64,000 nt of DNA from a virus (IMGVR_UViG_3300037459_000160:40669-104668); one strand, 5' to 3'. Counted from the stretch's first letter, positions 1 through 10,619 are shown. A program made the numbers and translations. Notes: generated from the letters alone by a model not told the origin.

Positions 1-180
1 GATGGGAAGTTTGTTACGGAAATTTGCGTACCCGTACGCCAGATTACCGAGGATGCCAAAGGTAACAGTCGGTACGAGTGGACAAAAGGCGTAGACCATT
101 GCCGGCATTCGGACACGTACGATATGCTCGCGGCCGGGTTGTTGATGGACGTTACGATTGATGATGTTTCTATAGGATAA
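1..180 (+). CDS. terL: Terminase large subunit, C-terminal end (partial, runs off the window)
   Basis: Frame 1 is open from base 1 to TAA at 178-180 (...YEWTKGVDHCRHSDTYDMLAA...). The DH-x-x-H-S/A motif resembles terminase nuclease C-termini, and the gene lies just upstream of the portal. Confidence 0.7.
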   Translation, partial: DGKFVTEICVPVRQITEDAKGNSRYEWTKGVDHCRHSDTYDMLAAGLLMDVTIDDVSIG

Positions 181-183
181 GCC

Positions 184-759
184 ATGCCATTTGCCGGATT
201 TGAAGATTTCGCGGAGTGCGTAGCGGCTCAACAAAAACGGGATAAGGGCAAGGAATCCGCCCGGCGTATTTGCGGAGCCTTACAAGCTCAAGTTGAGAAA
301 ACCGCTATTGATTCCTCATCGGTGCCGAATTCCGTTGTTGTTCAAAATCGCGAGCTTGCGGCCCAAGGGCTTAACGCGATGGTCAAGAAACGCGGGATGG
401 GCCGAGGCGTTTTGGATAGTGGGTTTTTGAGTGTTCGCGAAATAATTATCATGCGAAATAATCGTATGAGGATGTTGGCGATTCGGGGGTTTAATCTAGT
501 AGCGAAAGCGGCCGGGTTAAACCTTAAAGAGTTTCGCGGAACAACGGGCCGGGGCGGTATCAATAACCATAAACACGTTATTGACCTTGACGACCTTGGG
601 AACGGGCTTACCTCAACGAATGAGGGCCATAACCATAGGGTAATCAATTTCATTGTACAGCCCTCACCTAATGGACACGTTCACCCCTTGAGCCGATCTG
701 ACTTAAAAAGGGTTATGAGCAAGGCGGGCTTTACCGCATTGCGTGAAATGATTGGGTAA
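184..759 (+). CDS. Hypothetical head-associated protein with HxH metal-binding repeats and a copy of the capsid N-terminal peptide
   Basis: 191-aa ORF filling the terminase-portal gap. Contains HKH/HNH/HVH motifs, and EKTAIDSSSVPNS matches the MCP N-terminus. Confidence 0.75.
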   Translation: MPFAGFEDFAECVAAQQKRDKGKESARRICGALQAQVEKTAIDSSSVPNSVVVQNRELAAQGLNAMVKKRGMGRGVLDSGFLSVREIIIMRNNRMRMLAIRGFNLVAKAAGLNLKEFRGTTGRGGINNHKHVIDLDDLGNGLTSTNEGHNHRVINFIVQPSPNGHVHPLSRSDLKRVMSKAGFTALREMIG

Positions 760-762
760 ACC

Positions 763-2955
763 ATGAGTGAGCAAGAACAAGCCGAGCTTGAGGCCGAGGC
801 CGTCGAAAAGCTCAAGGATGATCCGGTTACGCCCGAGCAATCCGAGGCAACGTTGATTTCGGCGTTGGCCGATGCGGCGTATGAGACTTCCGAGGGCGAT
901 GAGCCCATAATTGAGGAAGTTTTCATAACGGATGAGGAAACTATTGCCACGGCCGAGGATTTGATTAAGGAATTCACCCGAAAATCAATGCGATGTTTTG
1001 ATGAAAGCCGCATTGTTTCGGATGAGGCAACAAGCCGGGGCTCAAGTGCCCTTTCGTTTTTGCTGGCGGGTAAGGGTGACAAGGAAAAAGAGCTTACCCA
1101 AAAGACCGCACGCGGTACGCAACAATCGGTACGAGAACTTGGACGGGGTTCCATGGGTACCGATTTGGCGACAATCAAAGTCGTTGAGCCCCCATACCCG
1201 CCCGAGTTGCTCGCGGCGTTTCTTGAGGTTGACGAAACGCATTTTCGTTGTGTACGGACCAAAGTTACCGATGCGATAGGGCGAGAGTTTGAGCTAGTTC
1301 CCACGGTAACGGTTGATCCCGATGAGAAGGAAGAAAAAGCGGGCCGCCCAAAGGCCCAAACACCCGATCCAAGGCCCCCACTGGGCAGCCTCGCGGACCC
1401 GACGCGGATTCTTGACCGAGATACTTCCGGCGTTAATCAAGGCCCCGGTGAGGCCCTTAACGATAACCGAACGCTTGTTGAGAAAATTGCAAAGGCTGGC
1501 GTTTCGGCGGTAAGCAACATTCAAAGGGAACATACCCCAAAACGAACCGTCGTACCACAAGCCGAAGTTGACGCCGAGACTCAAGACATTGAAGATTTTA
1601 TTGAGGATGCCAATGAGGTTCTCGGTTTTGAGGGCGTACTTGACCGAGCTTGTATGGATTATGAGGCGGTTGGGTGGGCAGCAATTGAAATTATCCGTTC
1701 GGCTGATTTCAAAATACGGCGGATTGCCCACGTACCCGCCCCCCGCGTGCGGGTGTTAAAAGGTTGGGCTGGATTCGTTGAGATTTTTGATAATACCGGG
1801 CTCAAGGGTAGCGTTGCGGGGGCTCATTTCCGATATTATCAACCGTTCGGGAGTAAGGTCGTAATGCGGGCCGACGATCCGACAACGGGCGAAACGGTAG
1901 CGTACAACCCAAAAGACCACGGCCCTCTTGACCCGGCAAAAGTTAAATGGAATCTTGTTGACCGCGAGACCGGCAAGCCAACCGAGGATATTTCTAGGGC
2001 GGCAAATGAAATCCTTTGGATTCCTAGGCATCACGCAAATACGATTTATTATGGGTTTACCGATGTTGTGCCGGCCTTGGGTTGGTTACTTGCCAACGTT
2101 CATATTCGCGATTATCTGCTTTCATTTTTTGAACACAACACGGTGCCCCGGTTCGCGGTAATCATCGAAGGGGCCAAGTTGAGCGAGCCGGTTAAGAAAG
2201 CGATTATGTCGTATTTCGGCACGCACGTTAAAGGCAAGGCTCACAAAACTTTGATTGTGCCGATTCCCGCGTTGCGAGGCGAGGTAAAGGTTAGGTTTGA
2301 AAAACTTGACGCGGACAACAAAGAGGGCAGTTTTCAGGATACGAAAAAGAACAACAGCCAAGGGATTATGACGGCTCATGGCGTAAGCCCGGCGATTATT
2401 GGTATTGCCGAATCGTCGGAATTAGGTTCGGGTAAGGGCTTGAGCCAAGCCGAAATTTACAAGGATAGGATTGTTACGCCAAGCCAACGCTATTGGGCTC
2501 GAAAACTTAACCGTATGTTTCGGCTCGGGCTTGGTACGACATTGGTTGCTATCAAGTTTAACCCGTTAGATATCCGAGACCGTAAAGCCGAACAAGAGGT
2601 TTTGACCGGGTATCTTAAAATGGGTGTTGCGACGATTAACGAAGTACGCAAGCGGGCGGGGCTTGGTAAGCCTGTTGAGGGCGGGGATAGGGCTTTCGTA
2701 ATTGTCGGAAACCAAATTATGTTTGTTGACGAATTAACCGAGGCGATGGGTTCGGAATTGGAAGCCTTAACCGATGAACTTGAGCGTACGCAATCGGATA
2801 TGGCGAACAAAGCCGCCGAGGAAAAGGGCCGCATGGCGGGTGAGCGGCAAGCGGCGGCAGTTAATCCCCCCAGTGTGAGCAATGGCAACGGAAATCCCTC
2901 AACTCCTAATAAAGCCAACGGTAAGCAACCGGCAGCGGCAAAGGCGGGTTCGTAG
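763..2955 (+). CDS. Phage portal protein
   Basis: 730 aa directly after terminase. Portal motifs: NEILWI...YYG, FFEHNTVPRFAVIIEG, AHGVSPAIIG, TINEVRKRAGL.PVEGGD. Confidence 0.9.
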   Translation: MSEQEQAELEAEAVEKLKDDPVTPEQSEATLISALADAAYETSEGDEPIIEEVFITDEETIATAEDLIKEFTRKSMRCFDESRIVSDEATSRGSSALSFLLAGKGDKEKELTQKTARGTQQSVRELGRGSMGTDLATIKVVEPPYPPELLAAFLEVDETHFRCVRTKVTDAIGREFELVPTVTVDPDEKEEKAGRPKAQTPDPRPPLGSLADPTRILDRDTSGVNQGPGEALNDNRTLVEKIAKAGVSAVSNIQREHTPKRTVVPQAEVDAETQDIEDFIEDANEVLGFEGVLDRACMDYEAVGWAAIEIIRSADFKIRRIAHVPAPRVRVLKGWAGFVEIFDNTGLKGSVAGAHFRYYQPFGSKVVMRADDPTTGETVAYNPKDHGPLDPAKVKWNLVDRETGKPTEDISRAANEILWIPRHHANTIYYGFTDVVPALGWLLANVHIRDYLLSFFEHNTVPRFAVIIEGAKLSEPVKKAIMSYFGTHVKGKAHKTLIVPIPALRGEVKVRFEKLDADNKEGSFQDTKKNNSQGIMTAHGVSPAIIGIAESSELGSGKGLSQAEIYKDRIVTPSQRYWARKLNRMFRLGLGTTLVAIKFNPLDIRDRKAEQEVLTGYLKMGVATINEVRKRAGLGKPVEGGDRAFVIVGNQIMFVDELTEAMGSELEALTDELERTQSDMANKAAEEKGRMAGERQAAAVNPPSVSNGNGNPSTPNKANGKQPAAAKAGS

Positions 2956-2965
2956 ACTTAGCCGG

Positions 2966-5900
2966 TTGATTGTTGTTAAGGCGGCCTCAAGTGGAATTCG
3001 ATTAAGACTTGAGCGAGACCTTGAGAACAAGTTACGGCGAATCATTCGCGAACTTTTCGCCGAATTACGGCAAAGCCTTTCCAGTAGATTCCTCCAAGGG
3101 ATCGGCCGTCAAGCGAACCTGTTTAGGCGTACCGCACGCGGGCCCGCACGCACACGCACGCGGGCAGCCAATGAGCTTACGCGGGCCTTCATGGGCCCTT
3201 TACGCGATGTGTTGCTCGATACCGAGCAACTTGCCGCGTTTCGTTATTGGCTCGGCATATCTCAAATACGGGCGTATGAGTATGGGGCGGTAACCGCGTT
3301 GCGGGCGATGGGATTTGCGGCAACCTCGCGACGGGTTCAAGAGATTGAGAAACGCATTACGGTTTCAAAGGCGGCTGGCGATATCGTCTTTGAGTTGACC
3401 GATGCTGAGTTGATTAACGAGCTTGAGGGCCGGCCGATCGTAGTTGGGGCGGGCCTTGCCCCGGCCGTTGTTGAGGATGCCCGCAAGTTAATTCGGGATG
3501 AGTTGTTTTTGGGTAACGCCAGCACGGGTGAGGGCGGAATTTCCGATTTGATCTTGGCGGGCGGCCAAGTGCCGGAATACCGAGCGTTGCGGATTTCCCG
3601 AACCGAAACCCAATCCGCCTTTAATCAAGGATTTTACAAAGTCGAACAGCGTTCGGGAATCAAAAAACATTCATGGGTGACGGTGGGCGATAGGCGAGTA
3701 AGGCCAGAACACGCAATGAATGAGGATTCTGGCGATATTCCCATTGGCGATCCTTTTGCGTCGTTGCAAATCCATCCCGGCGATCCCGGCCCACTGGTTT
3801 TACACGTTAATTGTCGGTGTTCACTTCAACCAGATTTATCCGATCCCAATATTTTGCTTGACCCGTGGGCGGGCGATTCCGGGGCCAACCTTAAGACCGA
3901 TCCGACATTACCGGGCATTCCTCCAAAAATCGGCAAAATCAGGACCGCATTGAATCAAGCCCAAGCGAGGGCACGGGCAGCGATCCGAGCCGAGGGCGAG
4001 GCAATAAAGGCCAGGAAACTAGCCGAAGCCGGGGCCCAAGCAGCGGCCAAGAAAAAGACCGTTCAAGAATCTAAGGCGGTTGCAAGTACCAAGAGTGAGT
4101 TTGAGGCGATTGTTAAAAGTATTGATGCCGATGATACATTTTTCAAGATTAGTCAACTTGGCGATAAGTTGAAAGGTTTGAGCAAGGCCGAGGCCCAAGA
4201 GCTTGCAAAACAACTAGGGTTTGTATCCAAGCAATCGTTTGCGACCAAGAAAAAAGCAATTCAAACCATTACGGGCGAGTTGAAAAAGTTTGCCAAATCG
4301 GCCGGGGATGTTAAGGGCGTTGATAAAGCCTTTGGAGAATTCGTATTTGCCACCAAGCCGGTTAGAGAGGCAGCGGAGCAAAAGTTTAAGGTGGAAGCCT
4401 TAGAGGATGTAAATAAAGCCAAGTCGGTTTTGAAAGGCAGTACCAAGGCGATTGACGTTGCCACGTTGGACGCGGCGACGGCGGCCGACTATGCGGAGTT
4501 TCTTGAGTGGCAAGCGGTGCAAGCTGGAAAAACTCAGAGTTATGGCGTTGTTATCTTTGACGATCAAGGGCGGGTATTACTTCGGCGGGCCAAGGGGGAT
4601 TTCGGCGGTACCCGTTGGTCATTTGCTAAGGGCGGGGGAACCAAGCCCGGTACAACGGCACTTAAAGAACTTGCGGAGGAAACCGGGCACCAAGCCAATA
4701 TTACCGGGGCAATCAAAGGGGATTTTGAGGGCACAACCACAAAAAATAACTACTTTGTTGGACGCAAAAAGGGCAAGTTTGATGCGGCCCTTATGGACGC
4801 GGAAACAGAGGAAGTGATTTGGGTAGATTTCAATGAGGCAAAGAAACTCATAAAGCAATCCCCGAGTGAGTTGATTGTAAAACGTGATCTTGCCGTATTG
4901 GATGGGGCGTTTGATGAGATAAGCGGAAACTCAACAGCGTTAAAGGCGTTGGCAAAGAAAACCGAAACCAAGAAAAAGGTTGTCGATCTTGGCAAGCAAC
5001 AAACGGCGGCGGCCGATGAGCTTATTGACGCGGCCAAGCAGTTACAAAAAGCCGCACAAGGCGACCCCGAGGCAGTAAGCAAGCTTTCCAAGGCCGTTAA
5101 GAATTTGAAAAAACTAGGCGTTTCCGATACCAAAATTCAAGAGCTTACCAAAGCGGGCATACAGGCGGGCAAGACCGCCAAGGCTCAAGGAATCCTTGAC
5201 AATCTCAAAGGTAAGTTGCCAAAAACAATTGATGAAATTGATAACGTGGTTGCCGAGCTTAAGAAGTTACAAGCCGGCCTCGGCGGGCTTGAGGCCGAAG
5301 TTGATGAGGCAGTTTCCAAAAAGCTCAAATCACTCGGCAGCAAGAAAAGCCAACTCAAAAAGAAACTCAAACCAACAGCCAAGCCGGATGAGCCGGAAGT
5401 GCTAATAGCCCTAGACATACAAGCCCCAACGACTCAAGCATTAAAGGAAGAATTTGAGGCAACGGTTACAAAATCGGAATTGGGTTCGTTATTTAGTCAA
5501 ACCGAGGCTAAGTTACTTGCCGAGGATTTGAAAAACGCGGGCGTATCCGCCGACGAAATCGCCAAACTTCAAAAATCGGGAGTACAGGCGGGCAACGAGA
5601 AAAAGGCCAAGAGCTTTATTGAGGCTCAAACGGGAGCGGGCTTGCCCGATGGTCTGGATGATCTTAATGAGCTTGAGGATAAGGTTTTTGGCTTCCTCCA
5701 AAAGGGTTTCAAAGATCCCGCACTAGAAAAGAAATTTGAAGGGGCGTTAAAGAACATTGATTTGAAGAAAAAGGAAATCTTTGCGAAGCCGGCAGCCACG
5801 AAAGCCGAAATCAAAGCTCAAAATACCAAAGCTAACTCACTCGCCAATACTAACCCTCAATCGCTCCAAGATATTAAGGTTGTTGAGGAAGAATTGAAGG

Positions 5901-7501
5901 CGTTGCAAAATCTCGGTAATCTTAACCCGACTACCGATTTTTCGGTTGACAGCAAGTTACAGGTACTCCAATTCAAGAAAAGCCAACTCCAAAAGAAAGC
6001 CGCGAAACCAACAACCGGGCCAACCTCGGCGGATATTCTCAAGAAAGCTGAAGCGGCCGACGCGAAACTTAAAGCCGAGCTTGAGGCCCTTGATGATATT
6101 AAGATCATTACCGAACCGATTCCAAAACCGATTAAGGTAGATTTGGCCGATTTCCCGCCCGCCGATAAACTTGGTCGGTTGGATGAACTTAAGACGCTAC
6201 CCGGTTCCACGGGGGCCAAGTTGGTTCAAGACCCGCGAACGGGCAAAAAGTATGTACTCAAACGCGGAAACCAAAAATTATCTAAAGAGGCTCGCGAGGC
6301 ACATTTACGCGAGGAATTTCTTGCCGACGACCTTTACCGGGCGGCCGGCGTTGACGTACCGGCCGGCGTGTTGTATGAGACCGCGAGCGGGCCGGTAAAG
6401 CTAACGGAATTCATTGAGGGTACCGAAGATTTGGCAACCGTACTTGCTAAGGGCGGGTCAAGAGCCAAAAAGGTACTCACCAAAATACAAGGGGATTTTG
6501 CCGAGGATGCCCTATTCGCGAATTGGGATGTTATCGGCTTGAGCCAGGATAATATTCTTGTAACCAAGACCGGTAAGGTTTTGAGAATTGATAACGGCGG
6601 GGCGTTAAGGTTCCGAGCCCAAGGGGCCCCCAAGGGTAGTCATTTTGGAAATGATGTTGGAGAACTTGCTAGTTTACGAAGCTCGGCGGCCGGGAAAGAA
6701 GTGTTTGGACAGTTGACCGATGAGGCAGTTGCCAAGCAGATTTTCGCGTTGCAATCAAAAAGGGAAGTAATACTTGCCACGATCAAAGACCGAGCGTTAA
6801 GAGCGACGATTTCTAAACGCTTAGACTCAATGAAAACTTGGGCCGATGATGTAATTGAGAAAATTGCAACACGAAAGAAGAATTTGGCTAGTGGTAGAAA
6901 ACTTAGGCCCGGCGAATTCTCAAACGATCCCGTAGCTATTGACCCAAGAATTGAAAATCGGGCCACGTTTATAACACCCAAGGCGAAAAAGGCAGCCGAG
7001 GAAACGGCACCATTGCGAGAAATGACGAAAAAACTTAGAGACTTGGGCCCGCGTGAACATTCGGCGATTGAGGACTATTCGGGTTCATCCTATAGAAGGC
7101 TCAATTCTAACTTGCGTAAGGGTAAAAGCCTTACGGACGATCAATTACAAATGGTCAAGGGTATTGATGTCGGGCTTGCCGAGGTACCCTCGGCAGCTAA
7201 AGAACACCCGGTTGTATTTCGCAAGTTGGAGCAAGAGGGGCAAAAACTTGAGGCGTTCTTAGCTAAGCATCCCGAGGGCGGCATTGTCTCGTATAACGAA
7301 TACCTTTCAACCTCATTTTCTAAAGGTACTTGGAGCGGGAATATTGAGTATGAAATAAGACACAAGACCGGCCGACGAATCAAAGAAATATCGTTGCATC
7401 GTAGTGAGGATGAGGTTTTGTTTGGTAGGGGAGCGGAATTTTTAGTTGAGAGAGTGGAACGGACGGGCAACCGGGTAAAGATTTTCCTAACGGAGTTGTA
7501 A
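2966..7501 (+). CDS. MuF/gp7-like minor head protein fused to NUDIX, PI3/4-kinase/HipA-like and ADP-ribosyltransferase domains
   Basis: MuF motifs (ISRTE...W.TVGD.RVRPEH...HVNCRC), Nudix-like KELAEETG, kinase-like (GSTG, YVLK, E.LA..LY, NWD...DN, RIDNGG) and ART R-STS-ExE (VFR, YLSTS, SEDEVL). The start is either TTG 2966 just after the portal stop or ATG 2882 overlapping the portal. Confidence 0.88.
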   Translation: MIVVKAASSGIRLRLERDLENKLRRIIRELFAELRQSLSSRFLQGIGRQANLFRRTARGPARTRTRAANELTRAFMGPLRDVLLDTEQLAAFRYWLGISQIRAYEYGAVTALRAMGFAATSRRVQEIEKRITVSKAAGDIVFELTDAELINELEGRPIVVGAGLAPAVVEDARKLIRDELFLGNASTGEGGISDLILAGGQVPEYRALRISRTETQSAFNQGFYKVEQRSGIKKHSWVTVGDRRVRPEHAMNEDSGDIPIGDPFASLQIHPGDPGPLVLHVNCRCSLQPDLSDPNILLDPWAGDSGANLKTDPTLPGIPPKIGKIRTALNQAQARARAAIRAEGEAIKARKLAEAGAQAAAKKKTVQESKAVASTKSEFEAIVKSIDADDTFFKISQLGDKLKGLSKAEAQELAKQLGFVSKQSFATKKKAIQTITGELKKFAKSAGDVKGVDKAFGEFVFATKPVREAAEQKFKVEALEDVNKAKSVLKGSTKAIDVATLDAATAADYAEFLEWQAVQAGKTQSYGVVIFDDQGRVLLRRAKGDFGGTRWSFAKGGGTKPGTTALKELAEETGHQANITGAIKGDFEGTTTKNNYFVGRKKGKFDAALMDAETEEVIWVDFNEAKKLIKQSPSELIVKRDLAVLDGAFDEISGNSTALKALAKKTETKKKVVDLGKQQTAAADELIDAAKQLQKAAQGDPEAVSKLSKAVKNLKKLGVSDTKIQELTKAGIQAGKTAKAQGILDNLKGKLPKTIDEIDNVVAELKKLQAGLGGLEAEVDEAVSKKLKSLGSKKSQLKKKLKPTAKPDEPEVLIALDIQAPTTQALKEEFEATVTKSELGSLFSQTEAKLLAEDLKNAGVSADEIAKLQKSGVQAGNEKKAKSFIEAQTGAGLPDGLDDLNELEDKVFGFLQKGFKDPALEKKFEGALKNIDLKKKEIFAKPAATKAEIKAQNTKANSLANTNPQSLQDIKVVEEELKALQNLGNLNPTTDFSVDSKLQVLQFKKSQLQKKAAKPTTGPTSADILKKAEAADAKLKAELEALDDIKIITEPIPKPIKVDLADFPPADKLGRLDELKTLPGSTGAKLVQDPRTGKKYVLKRGNQKLSKEAREAHLREEFLADDLYRAAGVDVPAGVLYETASGPVKLTEFIEGTEDLATVLAKGGSRAKKVLTKIQGDFAEDALFANWDVIGLSQDNILVTKTGKVLRIDNGGALRFRAQGAPKGSHFGNDVGELASLRSSAAGKEVFGQLTDEAVAKQIFALQSKREVILATIKDRALRATISKRLDSMKTWADDVIEKIATRKKNLASGRKLRPGEFSNDPVAIDPRIENRATFITPKAKKAAEETAPLREMTKKLRDLGPREHSAIEDYSGSSYRRLNSNLRKGKSLTDDQLQMVKGIDVGLAEVPSAAKEHPVVFRKLEQEGQKLEAFLAKHPEGGIVSYNEYLSTSFSKGTWSGNIEYEIRHKTGRRIKEISLHRSEDEVLFGRGAEFLVERVERTGNRVKIFLTEL

Positions 7502-7503
7502 GC

Positions 7504-7812
7504 ATGGCAGTTGATAAAAAAGATGAGGCTCACCAAGCCGAAAGGGACGCCGAACCGTTGATAAACGCGGTGCGGCAATGCAATGATTGCGTAAATCGGT
7601 ATTGGGGAACGATTACTTGCCTAGCCTTTCCCGAGCGTATTCCCCACGACATTATCAACGGTGACCATGATCATAGGTTACCGTATCCCGATGCGGAAAA
7701 CCCTACCGACCAAGGAATACGGTTTGAACTTAATGAGGGATTGATTACCCGAGACCCAAACGAATTAGGTATGAAAACAGTTTTTAATTTTCCCCCGCCT
7801 ATGGATTCCTGA
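7504..7812 (+). CDS. Small Cys/His protein, probable immunity/partner of the MuF ART toxin
   Basis: CxxC...C.AFP..IP..I..G.HDH..PY...D.GI.FE pattern; starts 2 nt after the toxin gene. Confidence 0.7.
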   Translation: MAVDKKDEAHQAERDAEPLINAVRQCNDCVNRYWGTITCLAFPERIPHDIINGDHDHRLPYPDAENPTDQGIRFELNEGLITRDPNELGMKTVFNFPPPMDS

Positions 7813-7828
7813 GTGAAACCGGGTTCAC
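7813..7828. repeat. 16-bp quasi-palindrome, copy 1 (GTGAAACCGGGTTCAC)
   Basis: Exact reverse complement of GTGAACCCGGTTTCAC; intergenic, upstream of a promoter-like sequence. Confidence 0.9.
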
Positions 7829-7854
7829 TTTTTGAAAAATTTGTGTGTTAGGTA

Positions 7855-7883
7855 TTGACAGTTGGGGCAATACCAGCGAAAAT
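7855..7883 (+). promoter_or_regulatory. Putative sigma70-like promoter for the protease/capsid genes
   Basis: TTGACA-17 nt-GAAAAT in an AT-rich intergenic region. Confidence 0.5.
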
Positions 7884-7922
7884 TTCCAAGATTCTAAATT
7901 TTCTTGCCGAGGGTAACGGATT

Positions 7923-9524
7923 ATGGCGGCTCCCATACGTGAATTGCTGCATATTACCGCCCCCATTGCGTTTCAAGTTGAGGGCGAGGGTGAGAACAAG
8001 CCAATTCAGCGGGTTATCGTTAAAGGGTTCGCATCGGTAGAAACCGGCGATCGTTCGGGCGACATTGTTCCACCTGAGGAATTCAACATTGAAAGGTTTA
8101 TGGCAGCCCCTACGCTTTTGCTCAATCATCGGTTTTGGACCGATCCAATGGGCAACCGGGTTGCAATCGGTCGGCCTCTCACAATGAATCCGGTTAAGCT
8201 CGGCAAGATAGCCGGCGACGATGATAATTGGGCAATCATCGACTTAAAAACCAAAAAACAAATTGATAAGTTTCCAAAGGTCAAGGTACCCGATTTGAAA
8301 GCGGGCAGCCGTGGCCTTTTTATTACGGCTGAGATAACGGTACCGGAAGTTGCCGGGATGGTTGTACGCGGTGAGCTTTCCGCGTTTAGCTGGAAGGGCA
8401 TGACGCTTGTTGAGTTTCGTTTCAATACGAAACTCGGGCGTGTCGAGCGGGTGTTATTGGATATCGACCTTTTTGAGGTTTCTTTAACACACGTTCCCGA
8501 TAATCCTGATTCAACACTTATCGTGGCAAAAGCGGTCAAGGAAATTATTCTTGAGAAAAGCCGGTTTGAGAGTCGTGAGCAAGCTGTTGCATACATGAAT
8601 CATCACAATTTAACCGGGGCCGTTCGCGAGGACGAGACCCGGTTTTATTCGCGTTTGTTGGACCCCTCGCGGATTGATAACGAAAAGCTCGTTACCGCAA
8701 AAATGGCCGAGGGTGTAACGGCGATTGTTGGACCGTTACATAATCCCGGTGAGTGGCTGTTTGGGGATTTGCCGCAAGAGGAACGCGAAAGGATCAACAA
8801 TCTTTACGATGCATCCGATACCGTTTCGGGTGCCGATTCGGATTCCGTTGATACGGAGGGCTCAAGTATGAGCGACACGGCACAAGCCCAAGACGCGGGA
8901 GCCGAGGTTACGGCAACCGATGCGGGCGATAAGGAAACGAAAGAAAAGGCCGGGAATTTGGGCGGTGCTGGTGGTGCTGGCGGTGCGATTTCCGGTGACG
9001 ATAAAGAAGCGAAAACGAAAGCCGGGCATAAGGCAGTTGCGGCCAAGTCCAATGATGAGGCAATGGGGGCATTTGCCTCGGACATTGCCACACAAACGGC
9101 GGCTGGAGTTGTGAGCGGTCTCAAGCCCGTGTTTGAGGCTCAAACGGTGGCCCTCGCGACAATGGGCACGCTGATTGAAAAGATGGCCGGGGGAGTTGAC
9201 GCGGGAGCCGAAACCCCGAGCGAACAGAAACCGAAAACGGAAACGGAAACGGACGACCTTGCCGCACAAGTGGCAAAGCAAGAGGCCGCGAAAACCGCGA
9301 ACCTCAACGATGTTATGGGTCAACTCAACGCATTGGCTGACGGGTTGCAGCAAACCCAACAGGCCGTTGTAACCGTCGCGAAATCGGCGGCAGCAATGGG
9401 GGCTCAAATTCCCAACGCGGCCGGCTCACGTTCCGAGAAACTTCCGGCTGAGAAATCAGTTGAGGAAGGCGACGATCCGAACGATTGCTTTGACAATACG
9501 TTTGGATTCCTTGGGGGCCAATAA
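7923..9524 (+). CDS. Prohead protease (HK97-like) with C-terminal scaffold region
   Basis: KGFAS...DRSGDIV, LLLNH, ELSAFSW, DLFEVSL..VP.NP motifs, then an acidic/Ala-rich coiled-coil tail; lies upstream of the MCP. Confidence 0.9.
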   Translation: MAAPIRELLHITAPIAFQVEGEGENKPIQRVIVKGFASVETGDRSGDIVPPEEFNIERFMAAPTLLLNHRFWTDPMGNRVAIGRPLTMNPVKLGKIAGDDDNWAIIDLKTKKQIDKFPKVKVPDLKAGSRGLFITAEITVPEVAGMVVRGELSAFSWKGMTLVEFRFNTKLGRVERVLLDIDLFEVSLTHVPDNPDSTLIVAKAVKEIILEKSRFESREQAVAYMNHHNLTGAVREDETRFYSRLLDPSRIDNEKLVTAKMAEGVTAIVGPLHNPGEWLFGDLPQEERERINNLYDASDTVSGADSDSVDTEGSSMSDTAQAQDAGAEVTATDAGDKETKEKAGNLGGAGGAGGAISGDDKEAKTKAGHKAVAAKSNDEAMGAFASDIATQTAAGVVSGLKPVFEAQTVALATMGTLIEKMAGGVDAGAETPSEQKPKTETETDDLAAQVAKQEAAKTANLNDVMGQLNALADGLQQTQQAVVTVAKSAAAMGAQIPNAAGSRSEKLPAEKSVEEGDDPNDCFDNTFGFLGGQ

Positions 9525-9611
9525 TTCCCAAGGGAAACCTTAACTTCTAACCTTTGCGGTACCCATAACGGACCCGTTTCACTTATCCGTTTTCGCAAAG
9601 GATTTTTTCCG

Positions 9612-10619
9612 ATGAGTATGGATGCACAAATCAAACTGCCTCTGAAGCAATTGATGGAGAAATCCGCGATTGATTCAAGCAGTCTGCCGAATTCAATAAT
9701 GAACCGGCAGCAAGCAAACCGTTTTATTGACCTTGTGGTTGATGAATCGGTCTTGATCAAAATGTCTCGGGTTGTTAAAGTCAATCACCCCAAGGGTGAA
9801 ATCAACAAACTTGACCTTGGCGATATCGTTACCGAGGGAGCCCACACAACGAGCCGGGCAACAACGCGAACCCCGAGCGAGAGAATCGTAACGTACGATA
9901 TGGAAAAATATCGTTCGGCGTTCGATTTGAAAACCGATTTCATGGAAGATAACCTTGAGCGGGCCGGTATCCGCGATACCCTCTTGCAAATGTTTAGCAA
10001 GCGGATTGCGATTGATACCGAGCTTGCCGCAATCGAGGGTGACGATTCGTTGACGACCGGCGACGGTCAAACCGATGAGAACAATTTGTTGGGCGTGAAT
10101 GACGGCTGGCAAAAAATTCTCGAAAACGCGGTACCGGCCGCCCAACAGCTAGACGCGGCCGGGTTTGCCCCCTCCAAGCGGTTGTATTACGATATGAAAC
10201 GGCTCATCCCGAGCCGGTATCGTGCGGCCAAGCCGAATTACACTTGGGTTACGCCCTCGGGGCCGGCCGACAAGTGGGCCTTGGATTGGAGTGACCGCGA
10301 AACGGCGGGCGGTGATCGGGCGTTGGCGACTAACCAACGGCCGGGGCCTTGGGGAATCCCAATGCTTGAGGTTCCGTTGATGCCGGAAAACCTGCCCTTC
10401 GGTACGAGCGGCGTCGATGGTTCGTCAATCTGGTTGACCCCGTTGAAAAACCTGATTTACTTCATTCAACGGGAAATCACGATTGAGTTTGACCGGCAGC
10501 CCCGGCAAGACGTTTGGGAAGTGACCATCCATTTCCGCGTCGATTTCGAGGTTGAAAACGTGGATTTGGTCATTTTGGCCAACAACGTTTCAATGAGTGG
10601 CAACGACTATACCGGCTAG
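9612..10619 (+). CDS. Major capsid protein (HK97 fold)
   Basis: 335 aa after the protease; QANRFIDLVVDES, F.EDN.E, D.ELAAI.GD, NDGW.K, LTP.KNLI, R.DF..E motifs; followed by a terminator. Confidence 0.92.
   Translation: MSMDAQIKLPLKQLMEKSAIDSSSLPNSIMNRQQANRFIDLVVDESVLIKMSRVVKVNHPKGEINKLDLGDIVTEGAHTTSRATTRTPSERIVTYDMEKYRSAFDLKTDFMEDNLERAGIRDTLLQMFSKRIAIDTELAAIEGDDSLTTGDGQTDENNLLGVNDGWQKILENAVPAAQQLDAAGFAPSKRLYYDMKRLIPSRYRAAKPNYTWVTPSGPADKWALDWSDRETAGGDRALATNQRPGPWGIPMLEVPLMPENLPFGTSGVDGSSIWLTPLKNLIYFIQREITIEFDRQPRQDVWEVTIHFRVDFEVENVDLVILANNVSMSGNDYTG

Noticed and set aside
2882-2965. Portal-MuF fusion by frameshift, or MuF start at ATG 2882
   Set aside because: The overlapping segment is Arg-rich and shadow-like, no slippery site was seen, and TTG 2966 right after the portal stop is simpler. 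Not excluded.
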